This document shows, piece after piece, positions 25,758 through 27,305 of a stretch of 27,305 bases of DNA (position 1 is the stretch's first letter; each line of letters opens with the position of its first letter). The translations under genes and the position numbers were made by a program. This DNA is from Candidatus Methylomirabilia bacterium. GTDB lineage: Bacteria; Methylomirabilota; Methylomirabilia; Rokubacteriales; CSP1-6. The stretch spans positions 1-27,305 of the forward strand of contig JBGQEL010000052.1 of assembly GCA_041496385.1 (NCBI GenBank), given 5' to 3'. The notes under the pieces are model-generated. The model saw only the letters and a list, made by a program, of their open reading frames with translations. It did not search any database and was not told the origin of the DNA.

Positions 25758-27305
25758 GTGAGGCATCCGCTCGACCCGTTGTTCAACCCGGCCAGCGCCG
25801 CCGTCATCGGCGCCTCCACTCAGCTGCACAAGACCGGGGGGCGCCGGTGGCGGAGCATGGTGGAGGGCGGCTTCGACGGCCCGCTCTATCCGATCCACCC
25901 CACCGCGTCCGAGATCCTCGGGCGCAAGGCGTATCCATCGCTCGGCGCGGCGCCCGGCCCCGTCGAGCTGGCCGTGGTGCTCGTCCGCCCCGACCTCGTG
26001 CCCGGCGCCGTCCGCGACTGCGTGGCCGCTGGCGCGCGCGGGATCGTCGTCATCACCGCGGGCTTCGGCGAGACGGGCGCCGAGGGCGCGCGCGTGGAGC
26101 GCGAGCTGGTCGAGGTGACGCGCGCGCACGGCGCCCGGCTCGTCGGCCCGAACTGCGCCGGGCTCTTCAGCGCGTCCGGCCGCGTCAACGCACTCGGCTG
26201 GCGCGTGCCGAGCGGGCCGATCGCCGTCATCTCCCAGAGCGGCAACATGGCGCTGACCTTCGCTCAGCTCGCGCGCGAGAAGGGGCTGGGTTTCAGCAAG
26301 CTCGTGACGATCGGCAACGCCGCCGACGTCCGCGTGCCCGAATACCTCGACTACCTCTTCGCCGACCCGGACACCCGCGTCGTCGTCGCGTACATCGAGG
26401 GCTTCGGCCCCCTCGAGGGGCGCGCCCTCTGGGAGTTCATGCTCGGCCATCCGGCGCCCAAGCCCGTCATCGTCCTGAAGCCGGGCGACACCGAGAGCGG
26501 CCGGCGCGCGGCCCTCTCGCATACCGGCGCACTCGTCGGCGAGCGCCGCATCGTCGACGCCGCCTTCCGACAATGCGGCATCATCCGCGCCGCCGAGAGC
26601 GACGAGGCCTGGGACGCGGCCATCGCGCTGGCCTCCTTGCCGCCGCTCCGGCGCAACACCGTCGCCGTGATCTCCGACGGTGGTGGCCACGCGACCATCG
26701 TCTGCGACACGGCTGACCGGTTCGGTCTCGCCGTCCCCACGCTGGCGGCGGAGACCCAGCGCCGGCTGCGCGAGATCCTCCCGGCGCGCAGCGGCGTGGC
26801 GAACCCGATCGACTTCGCGGGCCAGGCGGAAGAGGAGCCCGAAGTCGTGCCGCGCGTGGCCGAGGTCTGCCTGGCCGATCCCGAGATCGGCGCCGCGATC
26901 TTGGCCGGACACTTCGGCGGCTACGTCAGGATCGCGACCCCGGAGCTCGGCCTGCGCGAGGAGGCCGCCGCCCGCGACCTGGTGGACGTCGTGCGCCGGC
27001 ACGGCAAGCCGTTCATCGTCCACACGATCTACGCGGGCGAGCGCCTGCCCGCGCTCGACGCCCTCGCCAGGGCCGGCGTGCCCCTGTACCGCTCGCTCGA
27101 GGCCTCGGCGAAGGCGATGGCCGCGTGCTGGCGCGCCGCCGCGCGCCGGCGGCCGGCGCCGGGCGCCCGCCGGTCGGCGCCGGATCGCGCGCGGGTGAAC
27201 GCCGTCCTGGCGCGCGCGACCGCAACGACGCCGCGGCTGCTCCTCGAGCCCGACGCGCGCGAGCTCCTGGCCGCGTACGGCGTCGCGGTGCCGGCCTCGC
27301 GCCTC
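25758..27305 (+). CDS. NDP-forming acyl-CoA synthetase (acetate-CoA ligase family), truncated by the window end
   Basis: GTG start MRHPLDPLFNPASAAVIGAS; GPNC, SQSG, SHTG (phospho-His), NPID; ATP-grasp start ARELLAAYGV. It has no stop in the window, so it is absent from the ORF track. Confidence 0.92.
   Translation, partial: MRHPLDPLFNPASAAVIGASTQLHKTGGRRWRSMVEGGFDGPLYPIHPTASEILGRKAYPSLGAAPGPVELAVVLVRPDLVPGAVRDCVAAGARGIVVITAGFGETGAEGARVERELVEVTRAHGARLVGPNCAGLFSASGRVNALGWRVPSGPIAVISQSGNMALTFAQLAREKGLGFSKLVTIGNAADVRVPEYLDYLFADPDTRVVVAYIEGFGPLEGRALWEFMLGHPAPKPVIVLKPGDTESGRRAALSHTGALVGERRIVDAAFRQCGIIRAAESDEAWDAAIALASLPPLRRNTVAVISDGGGHATIVCDTADRFGLAVPTLAAETQRRLREILPARSGVANPIDFAGQAEEEPEVVPRVAEVCLADPEIGAAILAGHFGGYVRIATPELGLREEAAARDLVDVVRRHGKPFIVHTIYAGERLPALDALARAGVPLYRSLEASAKAMAACWRAAARRRPAPGARRSAPDRARVNAVLARATATTPRLLLEPDARELLAAYGVAVPASRL

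Noticed and set aside
25211..27198. ORFs 25211-26716 and 26680-27198
   Set aside because: Wrong frames; the real gene starts at 25758 and runs off the window.
1..27305. CRISPR array, cas genes, tRNA or rRNA
   Set aside because: No regularly spaced repeats or recognisable RNA gene signatures found by eye.

Overview
High-GC bacterial window; gene style resembles Candidatus Rokubacteria or a similar soil lineage (inference only). Left to right: a REP/MITE-like end; an MFS transporter divergent from a hydantoinase/oxoprolinase A+B pair; and a LysE pseudogene with an internal deletion, split by a 2.56-kb IS1-family element (5728-8288, imperfect IRs, CGGCGTCG target duplication). The element carries cargo: a DUF3467-like, DUF5678-like and retropepsin-protease operon, a small basic protein and a membrane peptide. 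Next comes a cluster of small proteins (RRM protein, RHH-like regulator, two DUF1508/YegP-like paralogues, two Cys4 proteins, a 39-aa membrane peptide) around two AT-rich promoter islands. This is followed by an alpha/beta hydrolase, a DSD1-like PLP enzyme and a LEPR-XLL/CAP surface protein. A hidden GrdB/PrdB-like selenoprotein (in-frame UGA, UxxC motif, SECIS-like hairpin) is coupled to a CaiB CoA-transferase. A secreted alpha/beta hydrolase follows, then an XRE-cupin-led acyl-CoA catabolic operon (IpdAB-like CoA-transferase-fold pair, ABC ATPase, Tat binding protein, crotonase, NDP-forming acyl-CoA ligase running off the window). Family calls come from motif recognition; no searches were run.
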